From positions 75,413-139,412 of the forward strand of contig CALMGJ010000010.1 of assembly GCA_937863565.1 (NCBI GenBank): a stretch of 64,000 nucleotides of DNA, given 5' to 3'. This stretch comes from an uncultured bacterium (lineage in GTDB: Bacteria; AUK180). The position numbers and the translations under genes are program-made. Shown piece after piece: positions 46,384-56,510 of this stretch (positions are counted from its first letter, which is position 1; every line of letters starts with the position of its first letter). The notes beneath the pieces are model-generated. The model searched no databases and was not told the DNA's origin. It saw nothing but the letters and a program-made list of their open reading frames with translations.

Positions 46384-47565
46384 GTGAACGATAAAAAAGT
46401 CAAAATCCTTCATATAATCACACGGCTTATCGTCGGCGGAGCGCAGGAAAATACGATGTTCTCCGTGGAAGGTCTCATCGCGGACGGCTGGGAAACGGAC
46501 CTTCTTTCAGGGCCGACATACGGTCCGGAAGGGGAGATCGTGGGAAAGATCAAATCCAAAGGCATACCGCTTTACATCGAACCTTCGCTCCACCGCAACC
46601 TTAATCCCGTGAATGACATCAAAGCATTCTTCCGTCTTATCCGCTTCATTAAAAAAGGTAAGTACGGCATCGTCCACACCCATTCCTCAAAAGCCGGTAT
46701 ACTCGGCAGATGGGCCGCGTTTTTTGCCGGAGTACCTGTGATCGTACATACGATACACGGGCTTCCTTTCCACGAATATCAGGGCGCGTTCGCCAATTTG
46801 CTTTATATATTCTCCGAGCGGATCACTGCTCCCATTACAACACAGACCGTTTCGGTCTCTTCCAATATCATCGAGAAATGCCTCAAAAAAAAGATCGGAA
46901 AAAGAAAGAACTATTCAGTGATCCGCTCAGGGCTCAATGTGGAGGATTTCCTGAGGGCTGTCGGTGAAGGCCCGGCCGTGAGGGAAAAACTCGGCATCGC
47001 GAAAGATAGGATGGTCATAGGGATACTGGCCCGTCTTTTCCATCTTAAGGGTCACGATTACATTATCGACGCTGCACCGGAGATCGTAGCCGCGCACCCC
47101 GAAGTTGTCTTCCTTTTCATTGGCGACGGCATACTGAGATCAACTTTTGAGGAAAAGATTAAAAAACTCGGCCTTGAGGAGCATTTCGTATTTGCCGGCC
47201 TTATCTCCCCCGGGGATGTGGCGCGGTATATAGATGCCTGCGATCTGATCGTTCATCCCTCCCTTCGCGAAGGTCTTCCAAGGGTCGTCCCGCAGTCGTT
47301 CATTTTAGAAAAACCGGTAATCGCCTTCGATGTGGACGGGACTTCCGAAGTGGTCATTCCCGGGAAGACCGGCCTTCTTGTGGCTCCCAAAGATACGAAG
47401 GATTTGAAAAATAAAGTAATTTATGGTATAAATAATTTTAAAGCCATGAAAAATATGGCAATAAACGGAAAAAACCTTGTTTTGGAATGCTTTACTATAG
47501 GCAAAATGGTGGAAGATATCGAAAAACTTTACGGCAGGTGTTTGAGTGTTAGGCAGAAAGGATAG
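46384..47565 (+). CDS. GT4-family glycosyltransferase
   Basis: HIITRLIVGGAQ, HTHSSKAG, HTIHG, KGH, EGLPRV, DVDGTSEVV. Confidence 0.93.
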   Translation: MNDKKVKILHIITRLIVGGAQENTMFSVEGLIADGWETDLLSGPTYGPEGEIVGKIKSKGIPLYIEPSLHRNLNPVNDIKAFFRLIRFIKKGKYGIVHTHSSKAGILGRWAAFFAGVPVIVHTIHGLPFHEYQGAFANLLYIFSERITAPITTQTVSVSSNIIEKCLKKKIGKRKNYSVIRSGLNVEDFLRAVGEGPAVREKLGIAKDRMVIGILARLFHLKGHDYIIDAAPEIVAAHPEVVFLFIGDGILRSTFEEKIKKLGLEEHFVFAGLISPGDVARYIDACDLIVHPSLREGLPRVVPQSFILEKPVIAFDVDGTSEVVIPGKTGLLVAPKDTKDLKNKVIYGINNFKAMKNMAINGKNLVLECFTIGKMVEDIEKLYGRCLSVRQKG

Positions 47566-49579
47566 TTCAAAAAACTTCGAGAAATTCATTAGCGAAGCGA
47601 TCATTGAACTTGATAAAAAAGCATACTCAAAGGCTGAAAAGCTTTTCCAGAAAGCGAAGGAAACTGACCCGGAAAGATATGAGTCGTACCTATATCTCGG
47701 CAATCTCTATTTCGAGCAGAACAATGAATCGAGCGCCAAGGAGAATTTCCTCAAGGCTATTTCGATAAATACGAAACTCAAGGAAGATATATCCAATTCC
47801 GCAGTGGCTTACTGGGAGAAGAAAGTATATGCGAGAGCTATTGCCGAGCTCAAGAAACTTGTTCTCATCGATCCATTGAATTCGGAGTATATTTCGGACC
47901 TTGTGAAGATCTATATGGAGATCGAGAATTTCGACGAAGCGAGAAAACTTCTCGAAAACCTCTATGAAAAGAACAGGGACAATCTCGACATCATCCAGCA
48001 ATTAACATACCTCTTCGAGGATATGGGGGATTTCAACCGGGCTTTAGAATTCTCTGAAAAGGTCATCATGGAACGTTCGGAAGACCCGTTCGCCGTCAAT
48101 AACCACGGCTATATCCTGCAGAAACTCGGGAGGGAAGACGAATCGCTGGATTATTTCGATAATGCCATTCAGCTCGATTCGATGAATTCGATGTTCTGGA
48201 TGAACCTTGGGGTAAGCCTCAAGAACCTCGGCAGATACGATGAGGCGCTTGAGAAACTCGACAAAGCTTATGAACTTTACCCGGAAGACATCAATGTGCT
48301 CGACGAACTCTCGTCAACTTATATAAAGAAGGGCGACCTCACAAAGGCTACGGAATTTCTGAATAAGATACTCGAGATCAACAAAAACGACGCCCACGTA
48401 CATAAGAACTATGCCGAGATCTACTATCTGAACGGTGAAAAAGAGAAAGCGATCGAAGCGTACAGGAATGCGATAGCCCTGAACCCGAAGGGGAAGGACA
48501 ATTATTTCAGGCTGGGGCAGATATATTATGAAATGGGCGATTTCGAGAACGCCAGGAATTTCCTCAAGACCGGGGCCAATCTTTTCCCGAAGGCGAAGGA
48601 GATAATAAAGCTCATCGGCATCATCGAGTTCGAGGGAGGGAATTATTCCGAGGCGATCAAATACTATAAGCGGTACATCGCCAATAACCTTTACGATCCG
48701 GAGATCCTTGCCAATCTCGGTTTTATCTACAAAGAACTCGGTTTCATCCATTTCGCCATCTGGTCCTACGAAAAGGCCAATTCAATCAAGACGGACGAGA
48801 AGGTGCTCGAAGCGCTGGCAGAACTCAGTTTCAGGGTCCGCAAGATCGAGGACAGCGTGAACTATCTTAAAACCCTTCTCAGCATCACGCCTACCACGCT
48901 CAAGTACTATACGATGCTCTCGAAGATACTGATCGAGAAAAAGGACTATTCGCATGCCTTTGCCGTTCTGGATGTTGCCGCAAAAATGAAACCCGATCAT
49001 TACGAGATACTCATAGAACAGGGCAATATCCTGATGTTCGAAGGCAAGTATAAGGAAGCGCTCGACATTTTCAAATCCGCGATCTCCAAGAACCCGAAGG
49101 CCAATGAAGGCTATATAGCGATAGCCAAACTTTTCCTTGCGATAAATCAGCCCGAAAAAGCGGAAATGATGCTCAATCAGGCGATCAAATTCGCCGGCGG
49201 TTCAGCCGAGGTTTATTTCTTCTTCGGCGATACGGTAGGGAAATTCCCCAACAGGTTCGAAGAAGCCGTAAGCTATTACGAAAAAGCCAAGGAATTGAAC
49301 CCGCATATCGCCGCCACGCATTTTAAACTGGCACAGCAATATATTGAGATGGGTCTTCTGGACGATGCCGCCAATGAGGTCATCATGCACCTCAAAGAAT
49401 TCAGCGACGATGCTGAAGCCCTTAAGATTTCCGGGTATATAAATATTCAGAAAGGGAATTTCCAGGAAGCGCTCGATATCTACGAGAGGGTGATGAATCT
49501 CAGCGAGAAGAAAGAGCGCAATATCGAGAACATAATTCAGATCCTGAAGGAAGAGCTCGATTCAAGATTGAAAAAATGA
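47546..49579 (+). CDS. Large tetratricopeptide repeat protein
   Basis: TPR-like repeats along almost the whole 677 aa. Confidence 0.9.
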   Translation: MLGRKDSSKNFEKFISEAIIELDKKAYSKAEKLFQKAKETDPERYESYLYLGNLYFEQNNESSAKENFLKAISINTKLKEDISNSAVAYWEKKVYARAIAELKKLVLIDPLNSEYISDLVKIYMEIENFDEARKLLENLYEKNRDNLDIIQQLTYLFEDMGDFNRALEFSEKVIMERSEDPFAVNNHGYILQKLGREDESLDYFDNAIQLDSMNSMFWMNLGVSLKNLGRYDEALEKLDKAYELYPEDINVLDELSSTYIKKGDLTKATEFLNKILEINKNDAHVHKNYAEIYYLNGEKEKAIEAYRNAIALNPKGKDNYFRLGQIYYEMGDFENARNFLKTGANLFPKAKEIIKLIGIIEFEGGNYSEAIKYYKRYIANNLYDPEILANLGFIYKELGFIHFAIWSYEKANSIKTDEKVLEALAELSFRVRKIEDSVNYLKTLLSITPTTLKYYTMLSKILIEKKDYSHAFAVLDVAAKMKPDHYEILIEQGNILMFEGKYKEALDIFKSAISKNPKANEGYIAIAKLFLAINQPEKAEMMLNQAIKFAGGSAEVYFFFGDTVGKFPNRFEEAVSYYEKAKELNPHIAATHFKLAQQYIEMGLLDDAANEVIMHLKEFSDDAEALKISGYINIQKGNFQEALDIYERVMNLSEKKERNIENIIQILKEELDSRLKK

Positions 49580-50346
49580 AGATCAGCGTTCTGGGCTCAG
49601 GAAGCAAAGGCAATTCGATCTTCTGTCAGCTGAATGAGACAAAGATCCTTATAGATATAGGTTTTTCTTATAAACAGACGAAAGAGCGGTTGGAGAAAAT
49701 AGGGGAAGATCCGGAGAACATACAGTTCATACTGATATCGCACGAACACAGCGATCACATCGGGGGCCTCGAAGCATTCAGCGCGAAACACGGTAAAAGA
49801 TTCTTCATCTCCCGGCATTCACTGGCCAAGATCAAAAGCAAGATTAAGAACGTCGAACTCGCGGAGGCCTTTGAAGCGGGCCAGAGCATAAGGGGAAATG
49901 ATTTCGAGATCTGCACGTTCCCCCTCAAGCATGACAGCGCTCAGAACACAGGTTTTTTTCTGAAAGACAAAACCGGCACAGCGCTTCTCATCTATGATAC
50001 CGGAGAGATCCCGGAAGATATTCTCAAAAAGTACGGGGATGCAGATATCCTTGTCATCGAAGTTAACCATGATGTCGAGATGCTCTACGGTTCGAGATAT
50101 CCTTGGATGCTTAAAAAGAGGATCTTGAGCGAAAAAGGACATCTTTCGAATGAGCAGGGCTTCCATGTGGCCGAACGCCTTTCCGCGGGGCGTAAAAAGC
50201 TCAAATATATCTTCCCCGTTCACATAAGCGAGGAGAACAATCATATCGAACTTGTAAGAAAGGCTTTCCACGGAAGCAAGATCGCGGAAGGGCCCGAGCT
50301 CGTAGAGAGTTATCCGGATAAACCGACCAAATTGGTGCAGTTGTGA
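49576..50346 (+). CDS. MBL-fold metallohydrolase (YycJ/WalJ-like)
   Basis: LGSGSKGN, SHEHSDH, HDS, DTG, EVNHD, YPW.LK.RI..GHLSN, HISEENN. Confidence 0.9.
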   Translation: MKISVLGSGSKGNSIFCQLNETKILIDIGFSYKQTKERLEKIGEDPENIQFILISHEHSDHIGGLEAFSAKHGKRFFISRHSLAKIKSKIKNVELAEAFEAGQSIRGNDFEICTFPLKHDSAQNTGFFLKDKTGTALLIYDTGEIPEDILKKYGDADILVIEVNHDVEMLYGSRYPWMLKKRILSEKGHLSNEQGFHVAERLSAGRKKLKYIFPVHISEENNHIELVRKAFHGSKIAEGPELVESYPDKPTKLVQL

Positions 50347-51317
50347 ACACGAAGGAGATACTATCCCATCTCGGTTCGGGCGGGCTTACCGCATTCAATA
50401 CGGACACCGTTCCCGGGATCTTCGCCGCCTATAACGACCGCGCGGCCGCCGATAAGATCACGGCCCTGAAGAAGAGCGCTCGGGGAAGAACCTATCAGGT
50501 TTTCATATGCGATCTCGGCCAACTTGACCTTTTAGGCATTAAAAGCGGCAAGGAGGAAATTCGAAAATTCCTTCCGGGCAAATTCTCCGTGCTTCTTGAA
50601 ACGAAACTCAGAATGCCCCATATCGTAAAAGACGGCAAGATCTCGATCCGCATGATGTCTTCCGGTCTTTTGAAGAAGGTGCTCAACGAAAGGGGCCCTT
50701 TATTAGCGACATCGTTCAATGAATCGGGAAAGGCCTTCCCGAGGAATTACGGAAAATTCTCGAAAGAGATAATGATATGCGAGGATCTCAAGGTCATAAG
50801 CCGCTCGCCGTCCACGCTGATCGATATAAAAAAATACGGATACGACATTCTCCGCCCGGGTAGTGGCGATATCGGCGCAACAGGCGCGATGACTGTGATC
50901 GGGAGCGATCACGCCGGTCTTGAAATGAAAAGCGAAGTGAAGGAAACCCTTCATAAATATTCCATCATAGTCACTGATGTGGGAACATTCAACGGCGATT
51001 CCGTGGATTACCCGGACATTGCGCACATTGTCGGCAAAGCCGTTCAGAAAAAGAAATTCCCTTACGGGATACTCATCTGCGGCACCGGCATCGGCATGTC
51101 CATTGCAGTGAACAGGTTCAAAGGTGTGAGGGGCGCCCTGTGCCACAACGAGAATTTCGCCCGGCTGGCGCGGATGCACAATGACGCCAATGTTCTCGTT
51201 CTAAGCGGACGGTTCCTTGATAAAAAGATCCTGGACCCGCTCATCAGCACATTCTTCTTCACTTCTTTCGAAGCCGGAAGACATGCAGCGAGGATAAAAA
51301 AAATTGAAAAAGTATAA
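50343..51317 (+). CDS. rpiB: Fusion of a TsaC/YrdC-like domain and ribose-5-phosphate isomerase B
   Basis: N-terminal TDTV.G, PG, TSFN.SG, PSTLID, LRPG; C-terminal GSDHAG, DYPD, CGTGIG, HNDANVL, FEAGRH. Confidence 0.85.
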   Translation: MNTKEILSHLGSGGLTAFNTDTVPGIFAAYNDRAAADKITALKKSARGRTYQVFICDLGQLDLLGIKSGKEEIRKFLPGKFSVLLETKLRMPHIVKDGKISIRMMSSGLLKKVLNERGPLLATSFNESGKAFPRNYGKFSKEIMICEDLKVISRSPSTLIDIKKYGYDILRPGSGDIGATGAMTVIGSDHAGLEMKSEVKETLHKYSIIVTDVGTFNGDSVDYPDIAHIVGKAVQKKKFPYGILICGTGIGMSIAVNRFKGVRGALCHNENFARLARMHNDANVLVLSGRFLDKKILDPLISTFFFTSFEAGRHAARIKKIEKV

Positions 51318-51810
51318 TGCCGTTCTTCTTGTCTTGCTTCTTTTGACAGTTCCGGCGGGAGCTTTCGATATCACCGTTCATGCCGGTTATTGCGCGCCGC
51401 TTTTTTCATCGGCCGGCATCCTGAAAGGCGGATATTCGCTTTCCGCAAGCGTTCCCATCCAAGAGGGTGAGAGGACCGGCACCGTTCTTGAGTTCTTTCA
51501 GGATACGATGACTGTCAAGAACTTCCCGGAGATCAGTTTCAAGATGATCGGGATCACTGCCTCGTTCCGGTATTATTTTATGAGGGGGTTCTCATTCGAT
51601 CTGTACGGAGAGGCCGGTCTTTCCGCGCTTTCCGAGGAATTGAAAAGGGATGAGATGGTGAACGGGTACTTCTTTTTTGCCATCCCCCTGAGCGTGCAGA
51701 TCGAATATTTCTACACGGAAAAGGTGCACCTGATCGCGCGAAGCAGAACGGTCATAACGGATTCCGTATACTACACATGCTTATGCGCCGGGATAAAGGT
51801 GATGCTGTGA
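51304..51810 (+). CDS. Hypothetical exported protein, small beta-barrel-like
   Basis: Signal peptide; alternating aromatic/hydrophobic beta pattern. Confidence 0.6.
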   Translation: MKKYNAVLLVLLLLTVPAGAFDITVHAGYCAPLFSSAGILKGGYSLSASVPIQEGERTGTVLEFFQDTMTVKNFPEISFKMIGITASFRYYFMRGFSFDLYGEAGLSALSEELKRDEMVNGYFFFAIPLSVQIEYFYTEKVHLIARSRTVITDSVYYTCLCAGIKVML

Positions 51811-52367
51811 AAAAGCTCTTTCTCTCTGCCGTCATCGCCATTCTCATGTTCTCCTGCGGTTTCAATCCGCTGATCCCTTCATTGGATGAGCTTGATGGAG
51901 GCAAGGATTACTTCCCCTTCGATAAATACGGGCGGTGGAATTATGTCTCTTCCGCCGGGGATACCATGTCCGTCGTTATCACGGACAGCTTCGAATCCTC
52001 GGGTTCGACTATCTACAAAGTGAATGAAGTAACGGCATCGGAAACGGAGACCTACTATCTAACGAAAAAGGATGACGGCATCCATATATACATCTTGGGC
52101 ACTATCCAGGATTACATAAAATATCCGCTTGTAAATAATTTCAGCTGGGAGTATCAGATAGGTTTCTACAGAGTGCTGGCATTCGTTCTCGAGGACCCAG
52201 AGGCTTTCGGCGACTGGGACGATCCCAAACTCATCGAACTCGATTATTACGATATTACCAAGGAGAGCACATATCAGTTCTCATACTACTATTACTACGA
52301 AGCGGACGTCGGCCCGGTGCGGATTGAAAAGGAAAACAGGATCTATGACCTTCTGGATTACGAATGA
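51807..52367 (+). CDS. Hypothetical lipoprotein
   Basis: GTG start overlapping the upstream stop; lipobox MFSC; DYFP...W.Y and ADVGPV motifs. Confidence 0.7.
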   Translation: MKKLFLSAVIAILMFSCGFNPLIPSLDELDGGKDYFPFDKYGRWNYVSSAGDTMSVVITDSFESSGSTIYKVNEVTASETETYYLTKKDDGIHIYILGTIQDYIKYPLVNNFSWEYQIGFYRVLAFVLEDPEAFGDWDDPKLIELDYYDITKESTYQFSYYYYYEADVGPVRIEKENRIYDLLDYE

Positions 52368-53437
52368 AGAAGATAGACGAAGATTACATGTCGCTCGCCC
52401 TTGACCTGGCAAAAAAAGGCAAGAATCCGTCGCCTAATCCGATGGTAGGCTGCATTGTCATAAAAAACGGCAGGATAATCGGGAAAGGATATCATAAAAA
52501 AGCCGGCGGCCCCCATGCCGAGGTCTATGCGTTGAGGGAAGCGGGTGCCGACGCGAAAGGTTCCACCCTTTATGTAAATCTCGAACCGTGCGCCCATCAC
52601 GGGAAAACCCCGCCATGCTCGGAAGCCATCATTAAGGCCGGCGTGAAACGCGTTGTATCGGCGATGGTGGACCCGAACCCGCTTGTTTCGGGCAAGGGCC
52701 ACGCCGCTCTCAAAGCGTCCGGCATCGAGACCTCGACCGGCATACTTGAGGAAAAGGCCCGCGAACTGAATAAATTCTTCATTAAATATATCAAGACCGG
52801 CCTTCCTTTTGTGCTTCTAAAGGCCGCTATCTCTCTGGACGGCAAGATCGCCGTAAAAACGGGCGATTCGAAATGGATCTCGAACAGCGAAGCGAGAAAG
52901 AAGGTTCATATCTTAAGGAACCAGGTCGATGCCGTCCTTATAGGCCTGCATACTTTTCTCACCGACAACCCCCATCTTACCGTAAGGATCAAGAACGCGT
53001 CCCGCGAGCCGTACAAGATAATCCTTGCCGGGAAGAACCGCATCCAGAACCTGCATAAATCCAATCTCTATAAGGAGAACAGGGAGCGGCTCATCATCGT
53101 TCAGAACACAGATGCCGGCAATGAGGTTTACGAAGGCGATGTGCACAGGATCATTTCTCTGGACAGGAAGCATACGATGAAGGATGTCTGCGCCGCCTTA
53201 GGGAAGATGGAGATCACTTCTCTTTTAATTGAGGGTGGAGGAAGCGTATTCACGAAATTCATCGATGAGAATATCGTGGATGAGTATGTTTTTTTTATCG
53301 CACCTATCATAATAGGCAATGACGGGATACCGTTCTACAAGAATCAATCCGGGGAAGAGATCGGAAAAGCGATCGCTTTCAAGAGGATAAACGGCGCTTT
53401 TGTGAACGGGAACGTGTACATGGAGCTGAAAAGATGA
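52364..53437 (+). CDS. ribD: Bifunctional riboflavin deaminase/reductase RibD
   Basis: PNPMVG, HAE, LEPCAHHGKTPPC, SLDGKIA, SKWIS, LLIEGGG. Confidence 0.96.
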   Translation: MKKIDEDYMSLALDLAKKGKNPSPNPMVGCIVIKNGRIIGKGYHKKAGGPHAEVYALREAGADAKGSTLYVNLEPCAHHGKTPPCSEAIIKAGVKRVVSAMVDPNPLVSGKGHAALKASGIETSTGILEEKARELNKFFIKYIKTGLPFVLLKAAISLDGKIAVKTGDSKWISNSEARKKVHILRNQVDAVLIGLHTFLTDNPHLTVRIKNASREPYKIILAGKNRIQNLHKSNLYKENRERLIIVQNTDAGNEVYEGDVHRIISLDRKHTMKDVCAALGKMEITSLLIEGGGSVFTKFIDENIVDEYVFFIAPIIIGNDGIPFYKNQSGEEIGKAIAFKRINGAFVNGNVYMELKR

Positions 53438-54363
53438 AAAGCATTATGGTAACGGGCGGTGCCGGTTTCATCGGTTCACATATTGCCGAACGTCTTGAAA
53501 ATGACGGGTACAAGGTTATCGTCGTAGATAATTTTTCCACCGGGAAAAGGGAGAATTTAAAGAATTTCAGCGGGATCATCATCGAATCGAACATCAGCGC
53601 GCCCGATGCCATGTTAGAGATAATGAAGAAATACAAGATCGAGTATATCTGTCATCAGGCGGCGATCCCTTCGGTAAAAAAGTCGGTCGAAGCGCCGTAT
53701 CCCAATATGATGAACAATATCAATTCTACGATGACGCTGTATGAGGCGGCCCGGAAATACGGCAAGATAAAAAAGATCGTTGCCGCATCCTCATCATCGG
53801 TATACGGGGAATCGCTTAAACTCCCAAAGGAAGAGAGCGATCCCGTCAATCCGATATCCCCGTATGCGCTTTCGAAATATTTTACGGAGAACTTGACGGT
53901 GATCTATGATAAGCTCTACGGGATCCCTTCTGTCGCTCTGCGGTATTTCAATGTATTCGGCCCCCGTCAGGACCCGGGCAGTCCGTATTCGGCGGTGATA
54001 GCGAAATTCATCTCGAATACGCTTAAAGGCAGAACGATCGAAATATACGGAGATGGAGAGCAGACCAGGGATTTCACCTATATAGAGAATGTCGTATCTG
54101 CCAATCTTCTGTCTCTTTTCTCCGAGGCAAGCGGCGTATTCAATATAGCATGCGGGAGCAGGATCTCTTTGAATGCTCTTGTAGAATTGATCTTCCGTGT
54201 TACCGGCGCCGAAGTGGCTTTGAAAAATAAAGAAGAGAGAAAGGGCGATATAAAGCATTCTCTTTCTTCCGTGGAAAAAGCAAAAACCGAACTTAAGTAT
54301 GAACCTTCCGTATCTGTAGAGGAAGGCATCAGAAGAACGGTAGATTTCTACAAGAATGCATAA
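53434..54363 (+). CDS. NAD-dependent nucleotide-sugar epimerase (WbpP/GalE-like)
   Basis: TGGAGFIGSH, ASSSSVYG, YALSK (YxxxK), RYFNVFGPRQ, TRDFTY. Confidence 0.92.
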   Translation: MKSIMVTGGAGFIGSHIAERLENDGYKVIVVDNFSTGKRENLKNFSGIIIESNISAPDAMLEIMKKYKIEYICHQAAIPSVKKSVEAPYPNMMNNINSTMTLYEAARKYGKIKKIVAASSSSVYGESLKLPKEESDPVNPISPYALSKYFTENLTVIYDKLYGIPSVALRYFNVFGPRQDPGSPYSAVIAKFISNTLKGRTIEIYGDGEQTRDFTYIENVVSANLLSLFSEASGVFNIACGSRISLNALVELIFRVTGAEVALKNKEERKGDIKHSLSSVEKAKTELKYEPSVSVEEGIRRTVDFYKNA

Positions 54364-55021
54364 TATCGCGCTTCTCACCGATTTCGGTACGGCGGACGGC
54401 TATGACGCTCAACTCAAAGCGGTGATCCACTCCGGACTTCCCGGCAAAGTGCTCCTGACAGATATCACTCATTCCGTACCTCATGGCAATATCGGGTTCG
54501 GGTCTTTCGTTCTCAAGAATTCCTACGGCGTATTTCCGCCCGGCACTGTTTTCTTTTCCGTTGTGGACCCCGGCGTCGGAAGCGCCCGCTCCGTCATTTT
54601 TGCCCGTTCCGGAGGCTATTTTTTCCTGGGGCCGGATAACGGGCTTATGGACTGGGCCCTTTCAGAACATCCGTCCGGCGTATTTGAAGTGAAGAAGAAG
54701 ATGCGGTCCACCTTCGAAGCAAGGGATGTCATGGCGCCTTTTCTGGTGTCCGTTCTGAGCGGGAAGATAAAGCCCGTATTCAAAAAACGGCCGTTCCGTG
54801 GCCCGCGTATCATCACGGACCCGTCGGGCGCGGAGGGGTATTCGATCGTTTATAAAGACCATTTCGGGAATCTCATCACGAACATATCCGCAGAGACGGA
54901 ACTCAAATCTCTCGTTTACAAAAGTAAAAAGATCTATCCCGCGGGATGCTATGCGGAAAAAACCCCGGATAAACGCCTTGTCAAAGGGTCATCGGGGTTC
55001 TGGGAGATCGCAGCGCTCTGA
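54356..55021 (+). CDS. SAM hydroxide adenosyltransferase / chlorinase-like (DUF62), short
   Basis: LLTDFG, DITH, VVDPGVGSAR, GPDNG, STFEARDV, DHFGNLITNI. Confidence 0.85.
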   Translation: MHNIALLTDFGTADGYDAQLKAVIHSGLPGKVLLTDITHSVPHGNIGFGSFVLKNSYGVFPPGTVFFSVVDPGVGSARSVIFARSGGYFFLGPDNGLMDWALSEHPSGVFEVKKKMRSTFEARDVMAPFLVSVLSGKIKPVFKKRPFRGPRIITDPSGAEGYSIVYKDHFGNLITNISAETELKSLVYKSKKIYPAGCYAEKTPDKRLVKGSSGFWEIAAL

Positions 55022-55096
55022 GCGCAAGCTCTCTTGTGAACATCCCTCTATCTTAAAAAGATCTGTTATTAACGGCAAGATATAAACCGGGTACCG

Positions 55097-56326
55097 TCAC
55101 GGCTTCCGGAAAACATTGATTAGAAAACCGCTTCTCAGTTTCGGCTCGAACCAGGTGGATTTCGGAGGCATCACCTGTCCCGCGTCCGCTATCCCGATGA
55201 GTTCTCCTATCGATGTCGGGAACATCGAGAATGCTACGGCGAACTCTCCCGAAGCCACTCTTTTTTCGAGCTCTCCGGTACCTCTGATCCCGCCCACGAA
55301 ATCGATCCTTTTATCCGTTTTAGGGTCCTTGATCCCGAGAACGGGATCGAGTATGCTGTTCTGGACGATATAGGAATCGAGTTTTTTAACGGGGTCCTTC
55401 TCCTCAATGAATGCCTTCTTCGCAATTAAAAGGTGCCATTTTCCGTCAAGGAACATTCCGAACTGATGCCTTTTGCGGGGCCTGCCTTTCCAGGCCTGTT
55501 TCATTTCTCCGATGGTGAACCGTTCACCGAGCTTTTCGATGAACTGGTCTTTGGTAAGTCCGTTCAGATCCTTCACAAGGCGGTTGTAATCGAGGATATT
55601 GAGCTCTTTATCCGGGAAGAACACGGCGAGGAAATGCTCCGTTTCGGGAGTTTTCATATCGCGGTATGTCTGGGCTGCCGCCTCGCTTCTGTGATGTCCG
55701 TCCGCGATGTACAGCGCATCGAGTTTGCCGAATTCCGCCACGATCTTTTCGATCAGGGTTTCGTCCTCTATCTTCCAGACCTTGTGCGTGATCTTGTCCG
55801 TGAATGTCACATCATAAAGAGGTTCGCCCTTCTGGACCTTCTTCACCATCGAAGAAACGGCATTACTCTTCTTGTAGGTAAGAAAGACCGGCCCGGCATT
55901 CGCTCCGGTGGTTTTAACATGCTTTGTTCTGTCGACCACCTTTTTTGTCAACGTGTGTTCGTGCTTTTTGATCTTGCCTTCATCGTACTCCTTTGCCGAA
56001 GCGAGTCCCACGATCCCGCTTTGAAAATGATCGCCCATCTTCTGGCTGTATATGTAAAGGCAGGGTTTATCCTCCTCGATCAGGTTTTTAGCGTCTATGA
56101 GCTTTTTGAAGTTCTCCAGGGCTTTTTTATATACTTCCTCACTGTACAGGTCGGTCCCTTCGGGCAGGTCGATCTCCGGTTTTACAACATGTAAAAATGA
56201 GAAGGGATTGTCTTTGGCGATCTCCTTCGCCTCACGGGAGTTGACGACATCATAGGGGAAGGAAGGGATCTTGTCCTCGTACCCTTTTGCAGGTCTGAAG
56301 GCTCTAAAAGGTCTGATAATAGACAT
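55097..56326 (-). CDS. DUF1015 family protein
   Basis: PYDV, IKKHEHT, YIADGHHR, YNR, IDFVGGIRG, MPPKSTWFEPKLRSG; SD GAGGT before ATG 56326. Confidence 0.9.
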   Translation of the reverse strand: MSIIRPFRAFRPAKGYEDKIPSFPYDVVNSREAKEIAKDNPFSFLHVVKPEIDLPEGTDLYSEEVYKKALENFKKLIDAKNLIEEDKPCLYIYSQKMGDHFQSGIVGLASAKEYDEGKIKKHEHTLTKKVVDRTKHVKTTGANAGPVFLTYKKSNAVSSMVKKVQKGEPLYDVTFTDKITHKVWKIEDETLIEKIVAEFGKLDALYIADGHHRSEAAAQTYRDMKTPETEHFLAVFFPDKELNILDYNRLVKDLNGLTKDQFIEKLGERFTIGEMKQAWKGRPRKRHQFGMFLDGKWHLLIAKKAFIEEKDPVKKLDSYIVQNSILDPVLGIKDPKTDKRIDFVGGIRGTGELEKRVASGEFAVAFSMFPTSIGELIGIADAGQVMPPKSTWFEPKLRSGFLINVFRKP

Positions 56327-56355
56327 GGCAATACCTCGCATGAAAATTTTTATTG

Positions 56356-56383
56356 ATTATATAACATTATTTTTTAAAGTCAA
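56356..56383 (-). promoter_or_regulatory. Sigma70 promoter of the DUF1015 gene
   Basis: Minus strand TTGACT-N16-TATAAT. Confidence 0.6.
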
Positions 56384-56455
56384 GCGAAGAATGGTCCCCG
56401 TGATACGGGAAATGGGAAGGCATTCCATTTTCTAAAAAAAAATTATAAAAAATAC

Positions 56456-56510
56456 TTGACATTTGCACATATGTGCGTTATAATATAGTGAGGTTATGAA
56501 CATAGGTGCA
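56456..56510 (+). promoter_or_regulatory. Consensus sigma70 promoter with two palindromic operators
   Basis: TTGACA (56456), N17, TATAAT (56479); GCACATATGTGC (56465-56476) in the spacer; TGAACATAGGTGCA (56497-56510) over the SD. Confidence 0.8.

Noticed and set aside
46273..46385. Two small ORFs with SD-like sequences (MQNSKDLY..., MKFHLFQP...)
   Set aside because: They overlap each other and the predicted promoter of the GT4 gene; no motif support
55433..56194. 253-aa plus-strand ORF
   Set aside because: Shadow of the well-supported DUF1015 gene
56396..56432. Two small inverted repeats between the divergent promoters
   Set aside because: Short imperfect stems, not positioned as terminators; insufficient evidence
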